The notes: generated by a model from the letters alone, not told the origin. A stretch of 63,944 nucleotides of DNA, filler included, from Octopus bimaculoides (GCF_001194135.2; 10 parts of 9 records of this genome joined end to end with filler, not necessarily neighbours in it), one strand, 5' to 3'; counted from the first letter of the whole stretch, positions 1 to 13,304 are shown. Numbers and translations are program-made.

Positions 1-29
<29 letters not shown>

Positions 30-31
<2 letters not shown>

Positions 32-720
32 TTTCAGAATGAGATAAAAAATTGAAGGCTGTGAAAGATTTTACAACATTTATAAATAGGTCTTACAGCT
101 GTTTCCGGGATATTTTATAAATTTCTTCATCGGAGTCAGTGTGAGAAAATGATTAAGCAATAGTTATTTTGGATAAGATATGAAATAGAGAGTGAAGTGG
201 AGGAATAAAAATAGACGTAAGATATGCAGGGATATTGCATCTGTAGATCCATTATTTAGGCAGAATGGTATACAAATAGGATTCCAATACCTTGTAAGTT
301 CCAATATTATTTCAAATTGGTCATTCCAAGTATAGAGATTGTATGCAGTGTTATTGAATCGATTCAATACCACTGTATGTGTATACCATTCTGCCTAAAT
401 AATGGACTACTCTGATCGGTTGCATTTTGCTTTTGATAATTTTGTGTGAGCCCCAAATTTTGTTCATAGTTTTATCTCCAGTGAGAATGGTTAGATTTTG
501 GGCGATGATGTTGAATGCCTCATTGTTTCATGGGTTACGTTTGGAGGTGTATGGGAGTACTTTTAAATTTGGTGTGGTATTTCGGTTAACTTCCCTTAAT
601 GTTTGTGTATCTAATTTCTTTGTCCGTTTAGTCCCATTATCTATTAATACTGTTGGGTAATATCTTCTGATTCGTGTTGATTTAAGTTCACGGAATCTTA
701 GTTCACGGATATTATTCAAA
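30..720 (-). mobile_element. Penelope-like retroelement fragment (pseudo-LTR plus decayed ORF)
   Basis: Minus-strand translation 528-719 (RRYYPTVLIDNGTKRTKKLD...KVLPYTSKRNP), continuing FNIIAQNLTIL...HKIIKSK, resembles from recall the linker between RT and GIY-YIG of Penelope-like elements. There is a degenerate hammerhead at 90-137 and a 27-bp inverted repeat at 248-274/380-406. Confidence 0.5.
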
Positions 721-742
721 CTTCACCTTACTATAGTTGAAG

Positions 743-776
<34 letters not shown>

Positions 777-1109
777 NNNNNNNNNNNNNNNNNNNNNNNN
801 NNNNNNNNNNNNNNNNNNNNNNNNNNNNNNNNNNNNNNNNNNNNNNNNNNNNNNNNNNNNNNNNNNNNNNNNNNNNNNNNNNNNNNNNNNNNNNNNNNNN
901 NNNNNNNNNNNNNNNNNNNNNNNNNNNNNNNNNNNNNNNNNNNNNNNNNNNNNNNNNNNNNNNNNNNNNNNNNNNNNNNNNNNNNNNNNNNNNNNNNNNN
1001 NNNNNNNNNNNNNNNNNNNNNNNNNNNNNNNNNNNNNNNNNNNNNNNNNNNNNNNNNNNNNNNNNNNNNNNNNNNNNNNNNNNNNNNNNNNNNNNNNNNN
1101 NNNTATATA

Positions 1110-2070
1110 TATGTATGATTTTTCTTTGAGTTTCATTTAAGTTCTTCTTGAGAGAGTTCAAGCCGGTTGTAAACAAACCAACAAAACTTATTGAGTTAAA
1201 AGATTTCGCGGTATTTGTAAATATGTGGTTGAGTTGGTGTTTTGGTTGAGCTGTCGATGCATACATCCAAGTGTGTGCCTCTATTCCTACGAGAATCCGA
1301 CATGGAAAATTTTTGGACTGTCTTACAAATCTTCACCGTGCCACTAATAGATTGGATTTGGAGAATCTGCATCAGTTTCCTTCGCTCTTTTTCTGTGAAA
1401 CAGTATTTCTAGGATTTTGTGCAAATTTGTCGGTACATAACCTAATGCACCTATGATGACGGTACAAATGAAAATTCATAGGGTACAAGAGCTACAAATT
1501 CCGAATTAATTCTCCATAACTGTTTTCCTTTTCCTTGACTCCTACAAGACGAAAATTACATTGTTGTAGATCTGACCTCTGCAACAATGCGTGACTTTTG
1601 TTCCCTGTCTCACAGAACAATATCAGGTCTGTTATGTTTGCACCGAATTGATGTTTTTACTGAGATGTTCCACCAGTATTCATTCTTTTTAAGGAAGTGA
1701 ATACCTGCTGGTTCTCACATGCTTTTGATGTATACATCAGAGTAGTTCTTCCTGCAGATAGCATTGCAAACCGTCTTTGCAAGTATATCATGCCTCTCGG
1801 GCAATTAGGATCTTGTTGACATTTTGGGGAAGTCACTGTTGATGTGGTCGATATCTTCCACAATGGTATAGCAGAGCCGATATTGTTTTATCACGACGTG
1901 GAGGTTTGATATCTTTGTCCCTCTTGTTTATCAGGTATTGAGTAGCTATCTCCTGTCCATGGATAGCGAGAAAATATCCTTTTAGGTGGGATGTAATGTA
2001 CTTATCGCAGTTGCAGAAGAGGCTACTCTTCCTGTTAATGCTGTTGTTGCCCTCTAGCTTACGGGATGTA
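1110..2070 (-). mobile_element. 3' end of R4/Dong-like non-LTR retrotransposon (zinc-knuckle region, restriction-like endonuclease, 3' UTR), decayed
   Basis: Minus-strand reading gives QEIATQYLINKRD, EDIDHI (1841-1858), RHDILAKTVCNAI, EYWWNISVKT, KHNRPDIV (HNRPDIV at 1616-1636) and a terminal TEKERRKLMQILQIQSISGTVKICKT. Several stops and frameshifts are present. Confidence 0.8.
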
Positions 2071-2139
2071 TACCCATGTTTGTAAGTATGTATGTAGGTA
2101 TGTATGTATGCATGTGTGTATGTATGTGTGTATTATTTC

Positions 2140-2367
2140 TTTATTGGCCTCAAGGGGCTAAACATATAGGGGACAAACAAGGACAGACAAAGGGATTAAG
2201 TCGATTACATCGACCCCAGTGCGTAAATGGTACTTATTAAATCGACCCCGAAAGGAGGAAAGGCAAAGTCGACCTCGGCGAAATTTGAACTCAGAACGTA
2301 GCGGCAGACGAAATACCGCTAAGCATTTCGCCCGACGTGCTAACGTTTCTGCCAGCTCGCCGCCTTA
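2140..2367 (-). mobile_element. tRNA-derived SINE, family A (GGCGGCGAGCTGGCAGAAACGTTAGCACG head)
   Basis: Minus strand has a Pol III B-box-like GAGTTCAAATT and the body GAGGTCGACTTTGCCTTTC...GGGGTCGAT. There are many diverged copies in the window, e.g. 3035-3236, 11270-12120, 15880-16290, 19280-19480, 41200-41600, 54530-54960, 57010-57225. Confidence 0.8.
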
Positions 2368-3552
2368 TGTGTGTATGTATGTGTGTGTATGTGTGTATGT
2401 ATGTGTGAGTGTGTATGTGTGTGTATGAGTGTGTGAGTGTATGTATCTATGTATGCATGTATGTATGTATGTCTGTCTGTGTCTGTCTGTGTGTTTGTCT
2501 GTCTGTCTATCTACACACACACATAAACATGACAGTCAGACCAATGGATTGGGATTTCAACCTTGTCACGTCTTCTGCACCATTCATACTACTTACATAT
2601 CTGACATTGTTTCGACTAGTGTAGAACGATTACGTAACACGCCATAGAACTTAATATTAATACGTTCTTTATAAGAAAATATATTTGTAGAACACGAGGG
2701 ACAATTTGGATTAGCTTTGATTTTTCTGAAAAATTTATAACTATGAACGCATTATTGATTATCTGGAAAAATAATTATTGATTATGGAAGCAATTTTAAA
2801 GGTAGGTATAGACTATGTAAGAAGGTAACTACAACGTTGAATTATGCAAAAGTTAAATCAATATAATTGACATTGAATGTTAGCAACAGAGTGGGAAAGC
2901 TGTGCAAAAAACAAAAACAAAAAAAAACCGTAAAACTCGAGGATTTTTGACAAAAATTAATCGATTCTACTCTCCGTCATAGAGGACTCAATCTTTCTTA
3001 TATGTGCTTCTATATAAACAGTCCTTCAGTCCTGAGCTGGCAGAGTTGTTAGCACGCCGGACAAAATGCTTAATGGTGTTTCTTCCGACTTAACGTTCTG
3101 AGTTCAAATTCCACCGAGATCGACTTTGCTGAGAGCCTTTCGAGATCAATAAAATAAATACCAGTTGAGTACTGGGGTCGATGTAATCGACTTATACCCT
3201 GCCCCGAAATTGCTGGCCTTGTGCCAAAAATTGAAATCAGAATTAATGGGCGTTGGTTGGGTAGTTGTTTGGTTGGATCTGAGAAGGTTTGGTTGGGTGA
3301 CTGAGGTGATAGGGGTAGCCAGGTGCTGGTTGGTAAGACGAGACCCTTAGGAATACGGTCGATGGTAGAGTTCATAAAGTTATCGACGACACTAGAACCC
3401 AGTTCCGTTGTCTCAGAGTTGAGTTAATTGCGATTATTTCCTTTACAATCATCGATTCAATCAACCGGGGTGGGGGACAGAGATAGAGAGATACATTCAT
3501 AGAGAGAGATAGGGAGGGAGGGAGGTAGATGGAATGATAGGGAGAGGGATAG

Positions 3553-3645
<93 letters not shown>

Positions 3646-3842
3646 ATCAGAGAAAGGGGAAATGAGACGTAGAGAATGAAAGAGGGAGAAGGAGAATGGG
3701 GGGGGGGAGAGAAGAGTATAGGTGAAGATTTGTGTAGGTGTAAGTGGTGGCGTCCTTGGTTCAATCTCGGCGGAATCGATAACTGTTGATGGAACTTTTA
3801 ATATTGTTGCTGTTTTAATTGTTTCATGTTGTTGCGGTTGAT

Positions 3843-4008
3843 GAAGTGAATGATAGTGATGATGATGATGATGATGATAGTAATAATGGCGGTGGTGACG
3901 ATCGCGTTAATAATGGCGCTGTTGTTACTGGTGTTTGCTGCTCGTAAATGGGTAGTAGTAAGGGTGGAGATGGCCTTGATGTTGATGCTGACAACGACAC
4001 GTATGATG

Positions 4009-4040
<32 letters not shown>

Positions 4041-4140
4041 ATCGATGTCGACAATGACGACGACGATGATGACGACGACGATGATGACGACGACGACGAC
4101 GGCTTCGATGACGACGACGACGACGATGATGCTGATGACG
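3843..4140. repeat. (GAT/GAC)n cryptic trinucleotide repeat
   Basis: Directly visible. It produces the poly-D/T/M/S/R pseudo-ORFs in the track. Confidence 0.9.
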
Positions 4141-4603
4141 CAAGAACTTGCGCCTTCACATTAGATTTACATATACACACATATATGCACATACACAGAC
4201 ACAGTAAATTAGTTAATGAATTTCTGTTGATTTAGGTGATGACTATTTAGTTGGCCAATCAGCCGAAATGCCTCATCATTGAATTAACGTGCAAGTGGCT
4301 AAGTATTCCATAGATATATGTGGCCTTAACTTAATACTGAAAGCGGAATCAGTACACTGTTTGGCGACCGGAATTTTAAAATAAAAGAGATATTGTTTAT
4401 CCGATGAGCTTCTGAAATGTGCTCATCTAACCAGTTTCATTCACAGGTCTTACTTGGACCCAACGCAATGACAAAAGGTATCTATCTACGATACCACCTG
4501 AATGAATTGAATCCGGGACCTAGAAACTTGTGATAGCGAAGCGAAACTCTGAACCTTTTCATCATGCTTAATCTAATGTGAATTTGTATACTTGCATACA
4601 TGC

Positions 4604-4643
<40 letters not shown>

Positions 4644-5363
4644 TATACATATTCGTGTGATGTTATCGGTAACAAGATTAGTTTCACCATACATTTGTTT
4701 TTAACATACTTCATTTGTACCTCTTCTGTATGTGATTATATGGTGATCTCTCGCGTCGTAAACGGCAGATGAGGGTTCCACAATTTCTCTTTGAACAACC
4801 GGCCCGTCCGTCTGTCCAACGTTCCTTTTGGAAACCACATTGTTTTTTATGTTTACATGTGTAATTTTTAGCCTTTTGTTAAAACCTGTGTACACATTTA
4901 TTTTTGTATCCCCTCCCCGCCCCATCCGTTTGTCTTGTATCATCCCTCTATGTCGAACCCTTAGTGGCAAACAAAGAAAAACATTTCTTACCGAACAACC
5001 TACAAAGACGATTTGTTTAGAGTGATGAAATATTTGTGTCATGCATTAGGTTACTCCCTCCATCAAATCGACATTGCCTGTACAAGTGTGATCACACGTC
5101 AGATGTCAAGCCGGTCGCAGAGCAGCACGAAGCGATGTATTTTGCCCGAGAACCTAACGCATCGCCCGGTCTGAGAATCGAATGCACGACCTTGCGACCG
5201 TGGGAGCAGCACGCTAACCACTAGGCCATCCGTGTGAACATATATCTGTGTGTGAGTATATGCGCATGTTCACATGCGTATGCGTGCGTATTTTTTGATA
5301 TGTAACATTTTATACGTATACCTGAGCATATGTGTGTGTGCGTGCGTATATTGTTGATGGTGA

Positions 5364-5686
5364 AGGCGCGTGGCTTAGTGGTTAGGGCATTCGGCTCACG
5401 ATTGTAAGGTTGAGAGTTCAATTCCCGGCGACGCGTTGTGTCCTTGAGCATAACACTTTATTTCACGTTGCTCCGGTCCACTCAGCTGGCAAAGATGAGT
5501 AGTACCTGTATTTCAAAGGGCCAGCCTTGTCACACTCTGTGTCACGCTGAATCACCCTGAGAACTACGTTAGGGGTACACGTGTCTGTGGATTGCTCAGT
5601 CACTTGCACGTTAATTTCACGAGCAAGCTGTTCTGTTGATCGTATCAGCTGGGACCCTCGTCGTCGTAACCGACGGAGTGCTCCAA
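5364..5686 (+). mobile_element. tRNA-headed CORE-type SINE, family B
   Basis: A-box TGGCTTAGTGG and B-box GTTCAATTCCC, followed by CORE-like GTGTCCTTGAGCATAACACTTTATTTCAC. Related copies at 32490-32730 (-), 32805-32960 (+), 36665-36850 (+), 50935-51060 (+). Confidence 0.75.
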
Positions 5687-5928
5687 TTGCTGATGATAGT
5701 TACTAAAGTAGAAACAGCATCGTCCGGTCAGTCTCTCTTTTAATCCTCACGAAATTGTATAAACACGAAAACAGAACTTTGCGTCTGTCTAATATATCTA
5801 ATTATAATCAATCTAATTACTTTTACGAACTTGTAATGGCTAAAATCTTTTGGTACATCCCAAATTAATCTTTAGTATGCACGTATGTTTGCATGTATAT
5901 ATGTATGTGTATCTGTGTGGAAGTCTGA

Positions 5929-6250
5929 ATGTATGATTTTTCTTTGAGTTTTTATACAAATATTTTACGTAAGAAAGTTCAAGCCAATCACTAAAAAAGC
6001 AACAAGACTATCTGTGTTGAGAGAATTCTCGGTGTTTGTAAAACTGTAGTTGAGTTGGTGTATTGGTTGAAGTGTTAAAGCATACACCAAAGTGTGTGCA
6101 TCTATTTACCAAAAGAATCTTAGATGGAGAATCTTTGAAATGTCTTATAGATCTTCACTGTGATACCAACAGATTCATTTAGAGGATCCGCATCAGTTAC
6201 TTATGCTCTTTTTCCGGAAAACCGAGTATTTCTATTTTTTGTTGTTGCGT
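5929..6250 (-). mobile_element. Second, 5'-truncated copy of the R4/Dong-like 3' end
   Basis: Aligns by eye with 1110-1420 (TGTATGATTTT-CTTTGAGTTT, GTTGAGTTGGTG, GCATACA-CCAAGTGTGTGC, GATCCGCATCAGTT). Confidence 0.75.
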
Positions 6251-6375
6251 AGATTTGTCAGTATGTATGTATGTATGTATGTATGTATGTATGTATGTAT
6301 GTATGTATGACATTATTCAGTTTTACTTCAGGATTTCTTGGCAACAGCGAAAGAGCCTGTTTCTTATTTACATTA

Positions 6376-6504
6376 TTTACATTCGACGGATATTGGTCCT
6401 CATCTTGTTTGTTGTTAACACAGCGTTTCGGCAGATAAGGAATGAGAACCGAAACGTTGTGTTAACAACAAACAAGATGAGGACAAATATCCGTCGAATG
6501 TAAA
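6376..6504. repeat. Near-perfect palindrome: 56-bp arms, 17-nt spacer
   Basis: 6376-6431 is the reverse complement of 6449-6504 with about 2 mismatches. A single-arm relative occurs at about 44528-44580. Confidence 0.9.
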
Positions 6505-6849
6505 GAATTTAAATAATGTAAATAATGTACAGAATTCTTCATCTCTTAAATATAGAACTGAACCTGTTTCTAACCAAGATCCTAGGCCCCTTCATTGAAA
6601 TTCCAACAAATTTTAACAGGGTATTTTTGTATGTATGTATGTATGTATGTATGTATGTATGTATGAATGTATGTATATATCTATGTATGTATTCTCATGC
6701 ATATAGTTGCATGTCTTTACGCTCACATATATACTTAAATGATTAACTTCTGGAAAGTTTTACAAATCTTTACAGTTACAGTGATGACTTGGATCTATAG
6801 TCTTCGAGTTAGCTTTCTGCTTTCTGGTTTTGAGAAGCATGTATGTATG

Positions 6850-6880
<31 letters not shown>

Positions 6881-7184
6881 CGTATGCATGTACGCATGCG
6901 TGTGTATGTGTGTATATATGTGTATGTGCGAGTGCGTTTGTGCGAGTGCGTGCGTGCGTGTGTGTGTGTGCGTGTGCACGCGCTCGTTATTGTTTGTGTA
7001 TGTTTGTATTGGCTTGCTCCAAATTGAAAGTGCAGTTTCTCGGAGACTGCCTGCAGAAACCTCCAAGTAAAGGTCACTCCAGTTTCTCATATCCAACTTG
7101 ACCAATATATAAAGATGTCATTTAGGGACCAACAGAGGCCAGTTTCCATAATGTCAACAGGCTGGTGGTATTTCTCTACAAACA

Positions 7185-7197
7185 CCCCACCACAACC

Positions 7198-7229
<32 letters not shown>

Positions 7230-7413
7230 CAGCATCAAAACCCTTACTAACACTGGCATCAGCATAATCACTACAAATAAAATCCCCACCACTTCAATTA
7301 CACTCACCATTACCACCATTACCACCGCCACTACGACCACAACCATTGTCAGCATCACAACTACCACTACCACCACCACTACCACTACAACCACTGCCGC
7401 TGCCACCACCACC

Positions 7414-7447
<34 letters not shown>

Positions 7448-7497
7448 TCACTACCACAACTTCCGCCAACATCATCCGCACCATTACCATCACCACC
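7185..7497. repeat. (ACC/ATC/AAC)n mixed trinucleotide repeat running into an N gap
   Basis: Directly visible. It is the source of the poly-T/V/G/P ORFs. Confidence 0.9.
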
Positions 7498-8665
7498 NNN
7501 NNNNNNNNNNNNNNNNNNNNNNNNNNNNNNNNNNNNNNNNNNNNNNNNNNNNNNNNNNNNNNNNNNNNNNNNNNNNNNNNNNNNNNNNNNNNNNNNNNNN
7601 NNNNNNNNNNNNNNNNNNNNNNNNNNNNNNNNNNNNNNNNNNNNNNNNNNNNNNNNNNNNNNNNNNNNNNNNNNNNNNNNNNNNNNNNNNNNNNNNNNNN
7701 NNNNNNNNNNNNNNNNNNNNNNNNNNNNNNNNNNNNNNNNNNNNNNNNNNNNNNNNNNNNNNNNNNNNNNNNNNNNNNNNNNNNNNNNNNNNNNNNNNNN
7801 NNNNNNNNNNNNNNNNNNNNNNNNNNNNNNNNNNNNNNNNNNNNNNNNNNNNNNNNNNNNNNNNNNNNNNNNNNNNNNNNNNNNNNNNNNNNNNNNNNNN
7901 NNNNNNNNNNNNNNNNTAGGGACAACGTAAATAAGTCCAACATGCATAAGACGTTTAATTCTAAACTGAATACATTTTCTTGTAGAGAACTAATTATTTC
8001 AGATATTAATTTATGTCATGTAACTAATTCATTTCGATCAACAACAATCAGAGAGGGAGAGGCGGAAGTGGGGGGGGGCAGAGGAGGGGGAAGGAAAGAG
8101 AGAGGGGGAGAGAGGTAAAGACAAAGAGAGTAGGAGAAAGAGATCCTATTAACGATATTGTCCGTCCACCTGTTAGAAATAGCAGCCAAATTTCCTTCGC
8201 TTTAATTGATAGATTCAGGCTAGTGTCCTTATCTTATAACCTCTGAGATTCTTCGGGTGCCTGTAGCATTCAGTAAAGTTCTCGGCATTTCAAAGACGTT
8301 ACGAAATATGACAGGCACTCGAAGTAAAACGGTGGAAGGATACAGCAGCCGAAATGTAACTACAACGATAAAAAATGGGACACGAGTCCCAAGATATTTG
8401 CGTCTTTTAATGACAATTCTTAATCTCAGAAACTCAGACACGATTTTCACTCATATCACACAATTCCATCGTAAAGGAGGAATCACACACTGGATAATAT
8501 AGTCTTAGATACACTGTGTCAGTTACAGCCGCGTAGGCCATAGATAGAACGGCTTGGCTATGACATGAGGTCGTACCGGTAGATCTGAAATATATAGCTT
8601 ATGATTTTGTCGACTACACATTATAGTAGGATTAGTTGGGCACCGTCTATGAGAAAAACAACTCC

Positions 8666-9703
8666 ATGACGCAATTCACTCTGCCAGAAATCTGGAAACT
8701 ACATGCTGTACTGTTTTGCATTCGACCCGGAAGCTCGAATAGAAACATTTCAGAGTGTTTGGGTGTCAATTCAATCTGAGAACAGTGTAGAGGATTCGGA
8801 AAGAGCTGGATAATTACGAAGGTACGGCAGCTCGGAAAACTCACTCTGATTATTCTGATAAAAGAACTCCTGAATTTGTGGGTGAGATCCTGACCATGAT
8901 TGACAATGATCCCTCCAAGTCAATTTGTAGCATCACCAGGGAAATGAGAGTGTCTGAGTTGGGTTTTTTTTTATCAGGCAGGTTGTGCATGAAGACATTC
9001 GGTATTCTTCATACAAGGTGAGAAAGGACCAATTTTTACCCCAAACCATCAAGGACGAGAGGAAAGACCGCGTCACGAAGCTTTTAAACAAATTTAAGCA
9101 TCCCCTCCAACCGAATATGCTTTGGTTTTTGTCAGACGAGAAAACATTCTGCCAGGATCAGATGGTGAACACACAGAACAACCGTTGGCTTGCCGTCTGC
9201 CCAAAACATGTATCGAGAGTGATAAAAATCAAACATCCACGGTGTTTGGAGTCATCACTAGTGATAGTGAGGTTATGCCTCCATTCATCTTCCCACATGG
9301 CCTGAGGCTCAACACGGAGGCCTACATCAAGTGCCTAGAGGAGGTAGTGCTGTCCTGGGTGAAAAGGGTGGCTACCGGAAGACCCTATGTCCGCCAACAG
9401 GACTCTGCACCATGCCATACAAGCAGGAGAACACAGTCATGGCTGTCAGACAATTTCTGCGATCACATCACCACTAACATCTAGCCACCTAACTCCCCAG
9501 ACTGCAACCCCGTTGATTATTATGTGTGAAGTGAAGTTGAATGAGAGACCAACAAAACTCCTTGTAATATCAAAGATTAACAGAAGGCAAGGATTATGGC
9601 AGTCCTCACCAAAATAGACAAGGAAACCGTGCAGTAGAGTTGCAGGAGATTCCGAAGTCGTCTGGAGGCCGTGGTTGAAGCCAATGGCGATTTTATTGAA
9701 TAA
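8666..9703 (+). pseudogene. Full-length decayed Tc1/mariner-superfamily transposase, DD37D (maT-type)
   Basis: ATG at 8666 (MTQFTLPEIWK) and TAA at 9701-9703. Catalytic motifs are LSDEK, QQDSAPCH and *PPNSPDCNPVDYY, with 37 residues between the second and third Asp. The C-terminus is RSRLEAVVEANGDFIE. Several stops and frameshifts are present. Confidence 0.88.
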
Positions 9704-9776
9704 ATGTGCTCTTTAGTATTTCAAGATATTCTTATGTAAATTTGTTAAATACATCTGTTAAAATGAAATGTTAGTT

Positions 9777-9809
<33 letters not shown>

Positions 9810-9815
9810 CATATA

Positions 9816-9883
<68 letters not shown>

Positions 9884-10259
9884 CATATATCTAAATATAT
9901 ACCTACATTCAGAAACTTGCATACGTATACACATAAATAGACATTCACACACATCTATGTATATGTGTCTGTGAATGTATGTATGTGTGTGTGTGTTTGA
10001 ATGTCTGTGTATGCTTGTGTATGCGTGTATACTGACGTATCTCCGGTTTTCCATACGTCACATATGTGTTTATACAACTCGCCGCTCTTTGCAATTGTGT
10101 TGCCCGTTTGTTTACGCCATGTGGTCCACCATACGTTTCATGTACACCACCGTTTCTCCTCATTTCATCAGCAACATCTTTGAACGGAACTTCTTATGTT
10201 TGTATGTCAGTATGTGTGTGTGTGTGTATGTGTACATAATGCATTATGATGTGAATGTC

Positions 10260-10299
<40 letters not shown>

Positions 10300-10563
10300 C
10301 GTGCATATGTGTGCGTGTTCATGTATATGTTTGTGTATGTGCATGTGCTTGTGTGCATGTAATGTAAGTAAGCTTGTATGTCAATGTTTGTCTGGAAGGA
10401 TGTAGTATGTGTGTGTGTGTGTGCACGTGTATTGTGTATATATGTATATCTTCGTGAATGGGTTTGTGTGTGTATATATATACGTATGTACCGAATGTGT
10501 GCGTTTATGTTAGTGGCTATGCATGTATGCATATCTGTAAATATGTATGGACGTATGCATAGG

Positions 10564-10594
<31 letters not shown>

Positions 10595-10654
10595 TTATCT
10601 ATCTATCTATNNNNNNNNNNNNNNNNNNNNNNNNNNNNNNNNNNNNNNNNNNNN

Positions 10655-10666
10655 TTAATTAATTAA
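10655..10666. other. Artificial gap spacer TTAATTAATTAA inside a 100-nt gap (44 N + 12 + 44 N)
   Basis: The same construct occurs nine times: 10655, 18345, 23880, 26404, 29243, 31518, 36234, 60100, 62199. The 12-mer is palindromic and places a stop in all six frames. Confidence 0.9.
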
Positions 10667-10711
10667 NNNNNNNNNNNNNNNNNNNNNNNNNNNNNNNNNN
10701 NNNNNNNNNNC

Positions 10712-10821
<110 letters not shown>

Positions 10822-10959
10822 GAAGAAGAAGAAGAAGAAGAGAAAGAAAAAGAAGAAAAAGAAGAAAAGACGAAGAAGAATTTTTTTTTTGTTTAAACAT
10901 TGAAACAATAAAATTCGAAGCAGAAACACACTATGCTGAAGTTATAAATTTGCATAACA

Positions 10960-11280
10960 ATTCATGAGAGATGTTTAAAGAGACAAAACAGCATCTAAAC
11001 AGAATTAGAAAACACAAGAAAAGAAATGGAGTGAAAAGCTACTTCACAGCTAATATCCGCAGGTCTCAATAGAAAAACAGATGCAAACCAAAACCAGACT
11101 CAATAATAGCGCAAAAGCTTCGGGCTAAAAGTAGAAACTGAAGGATAATTTTGCTGCGCGAGAACAACGCCTACCCACAATTATACGAACAAAAGTAATG
11201 AAGAACCGGTCCGAATATCAAATGTAGGATGTGAAACTACTACAAGAAAAACCGGTTGACCAGAGTATTTCCTGCTCTTA
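10960..11280 (+). mobile_element. R4/Dong-like non-LTR fragment (post-RT region to zinc knuckle)
   Basis: Frameshifted reading resembles W..K.LHGQY, then GLKVETEG*ILAAREQ.L.T and IKCRM...TVD. Confidence 0.6.
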
Positions 11281-12362
11281 GTCCCTTTCAAATCTAAATT
11301 TAATTTCAGATACGTTCAGACACCAGTGCTCAACTTGTATTTTACTTCCTTGATCTAGAAAGATGAAAGGCAAAGTCGATCTCAGCGAAATAGGAACTAA
11401 CAACGTAAAAAACGGACGAAATACCGTTAAGCCTTTTGTTTGGCGTGCTAACGATTCTGCCAGCTCACCGCCTTGATTTCAAATTTTGGCACAAAGATAT
11501 CAATATTTGAGGGGTGGGTGGAAGTTGATTACATCGACACCACTACTTGCTCGAACTTATTTCACCGGCCTCCGAAAGCATGAAAGTCGATCTTGGCTGA
11601 ACTCAGAACGTAAAGAAGGACAAAAGGCTACTAAACTTTTTTTCCGGTAGGCTACCGCTACTACCAGCTCATCGCCTTTAATCTTTGAATAATCCTTTCT
11701 ACTATAAGCACAAGGCCTGAAATTTGTTGGGAGTGGGTAAGTCGATCACATAGATCCCAGTTCTCAACTTCTACTTAGCTTATCGATCCCGAAAGGATGA
11801 AAGTCAAAATCGACCTCGACTGAATTTGAACTCAGAACGTAGCGGAAGACGAAATATCACTAAACATCTCACCCGGCGTGCCAACGGTTCTGCCAGCTCG
11901 CCACCTTTTAATCTCTGAATAATAATGATAATTGATTTCAATTTATGCACAAGGCCAGCAATTTTGAGAAGGCGAGCTTAGTCGATTACTTTGACCCCCG
12001 TACTTGAGTCATGAATCCAGGAAGGATGAAGGACAAAACTGAACTCGACAGGAATTGAAAATTGAAGGTAACAAAGAGCAACAAATACCACTAATCATTT
12101 TGGACGATGCTGTAACGATTTTATCTATCCTCTATCCTGAAATGGTAATATAAACGATATTTGACATAGGAAGTTAACCGGTTGCATATCTGAGGTTAAG
12201 GGAATGATTGATGATATCGACTTGATTAATCCTTATATTATCGATCATGAGGCATTAAATCAAAATAAATTTCTAAGAGCTTTGAAGTCAAAATGCAAAT
12301 GGATGTAACTAAATAACAAGGCAATTTATCCTGCACTCTTCAGATTCTACCATTGAATGATG

Positions 12363-12395
<33 letters not shown>

Positions 12396-13304
12396 GTTCT
12401 TGATCTTGGTCCCAAACCATCAAATTTGAAGAAAGTGGATTTTATTGATACCAGAACTTGACTAGTACTGTGTTTTAACCTCAGCAGGATTTAAAAAGGA
12501 TGTAAAAAGCCGGAAGATATGATGCAAAGCATTTTAAATTTGAAACTAAAGCAATCATGAAGAATGCCTGATATTCTATCAAAACTGTCATGTAATATTC
12601 TTGGATTTTATTTTATCAAATAATTTGGTAGAGTCGAGCCAAAGTTCTTGGATTTTATCACATTAAATAAGATTTGCATATAACAAACCTTGTTTTATTA
12701 AAACTATTTTTATTTTTCTTCGTTTGTATGTAATTTAATTTCCTTCAGTTTTTTTTTTTTTTTACATAATGTCTCAGACTGTTGCCATTCAGAACATGTA
12801 TTTTTCTGAAAGATCTTTCATTCCATACAGTAGGAAGTCAGTATTTCCGTACTAAACCGGGAACGATATTACATCTTTGTATTACTCACCAGAGAAAATA
12901 GCATTTCTGCTGCAGATGAAAAATGAGGCAACGATAGAAAGTTTCTCATTAATTTCAAGATAATTAGAAATGAGGTTTATCTCTGCATTTTACTTGAAAA
13001 ACATAATACTAGTATCTCTCTACTTCTGAAATTTCATGAGCAAAGTTAACTTATGCCATTCTAAATTGATATTTTTCATACTATTTCATCTCAATAATAT
13101 TAGGACATTTCATAGACAATGATATAATTAAAGGCAGTTGTCCTTGAGACATATTTCTGGATTTAATGCTTCAAATAGCTGTAAATAGTAATAATATTAT
13201 TTGACACACACTGTTTGCCCAGTTCCTTGATTAGTTTAGTATAAAATTTTGTTTTAGCTCAAATTATTATAGTGATTATAATTAAAATCTTGAAGGGTAT
13301 TCTA

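Noticed and set aside
5364-5430. tRNA-like sequences with A and B boxes (also about 32660-32730, 36665-36735, 47280-47345)
   Set aside because: They are SINE heads: they run into CORE-like bodies, are multi-copy and diverged, and do not close a cloverleaf acceptor stem.
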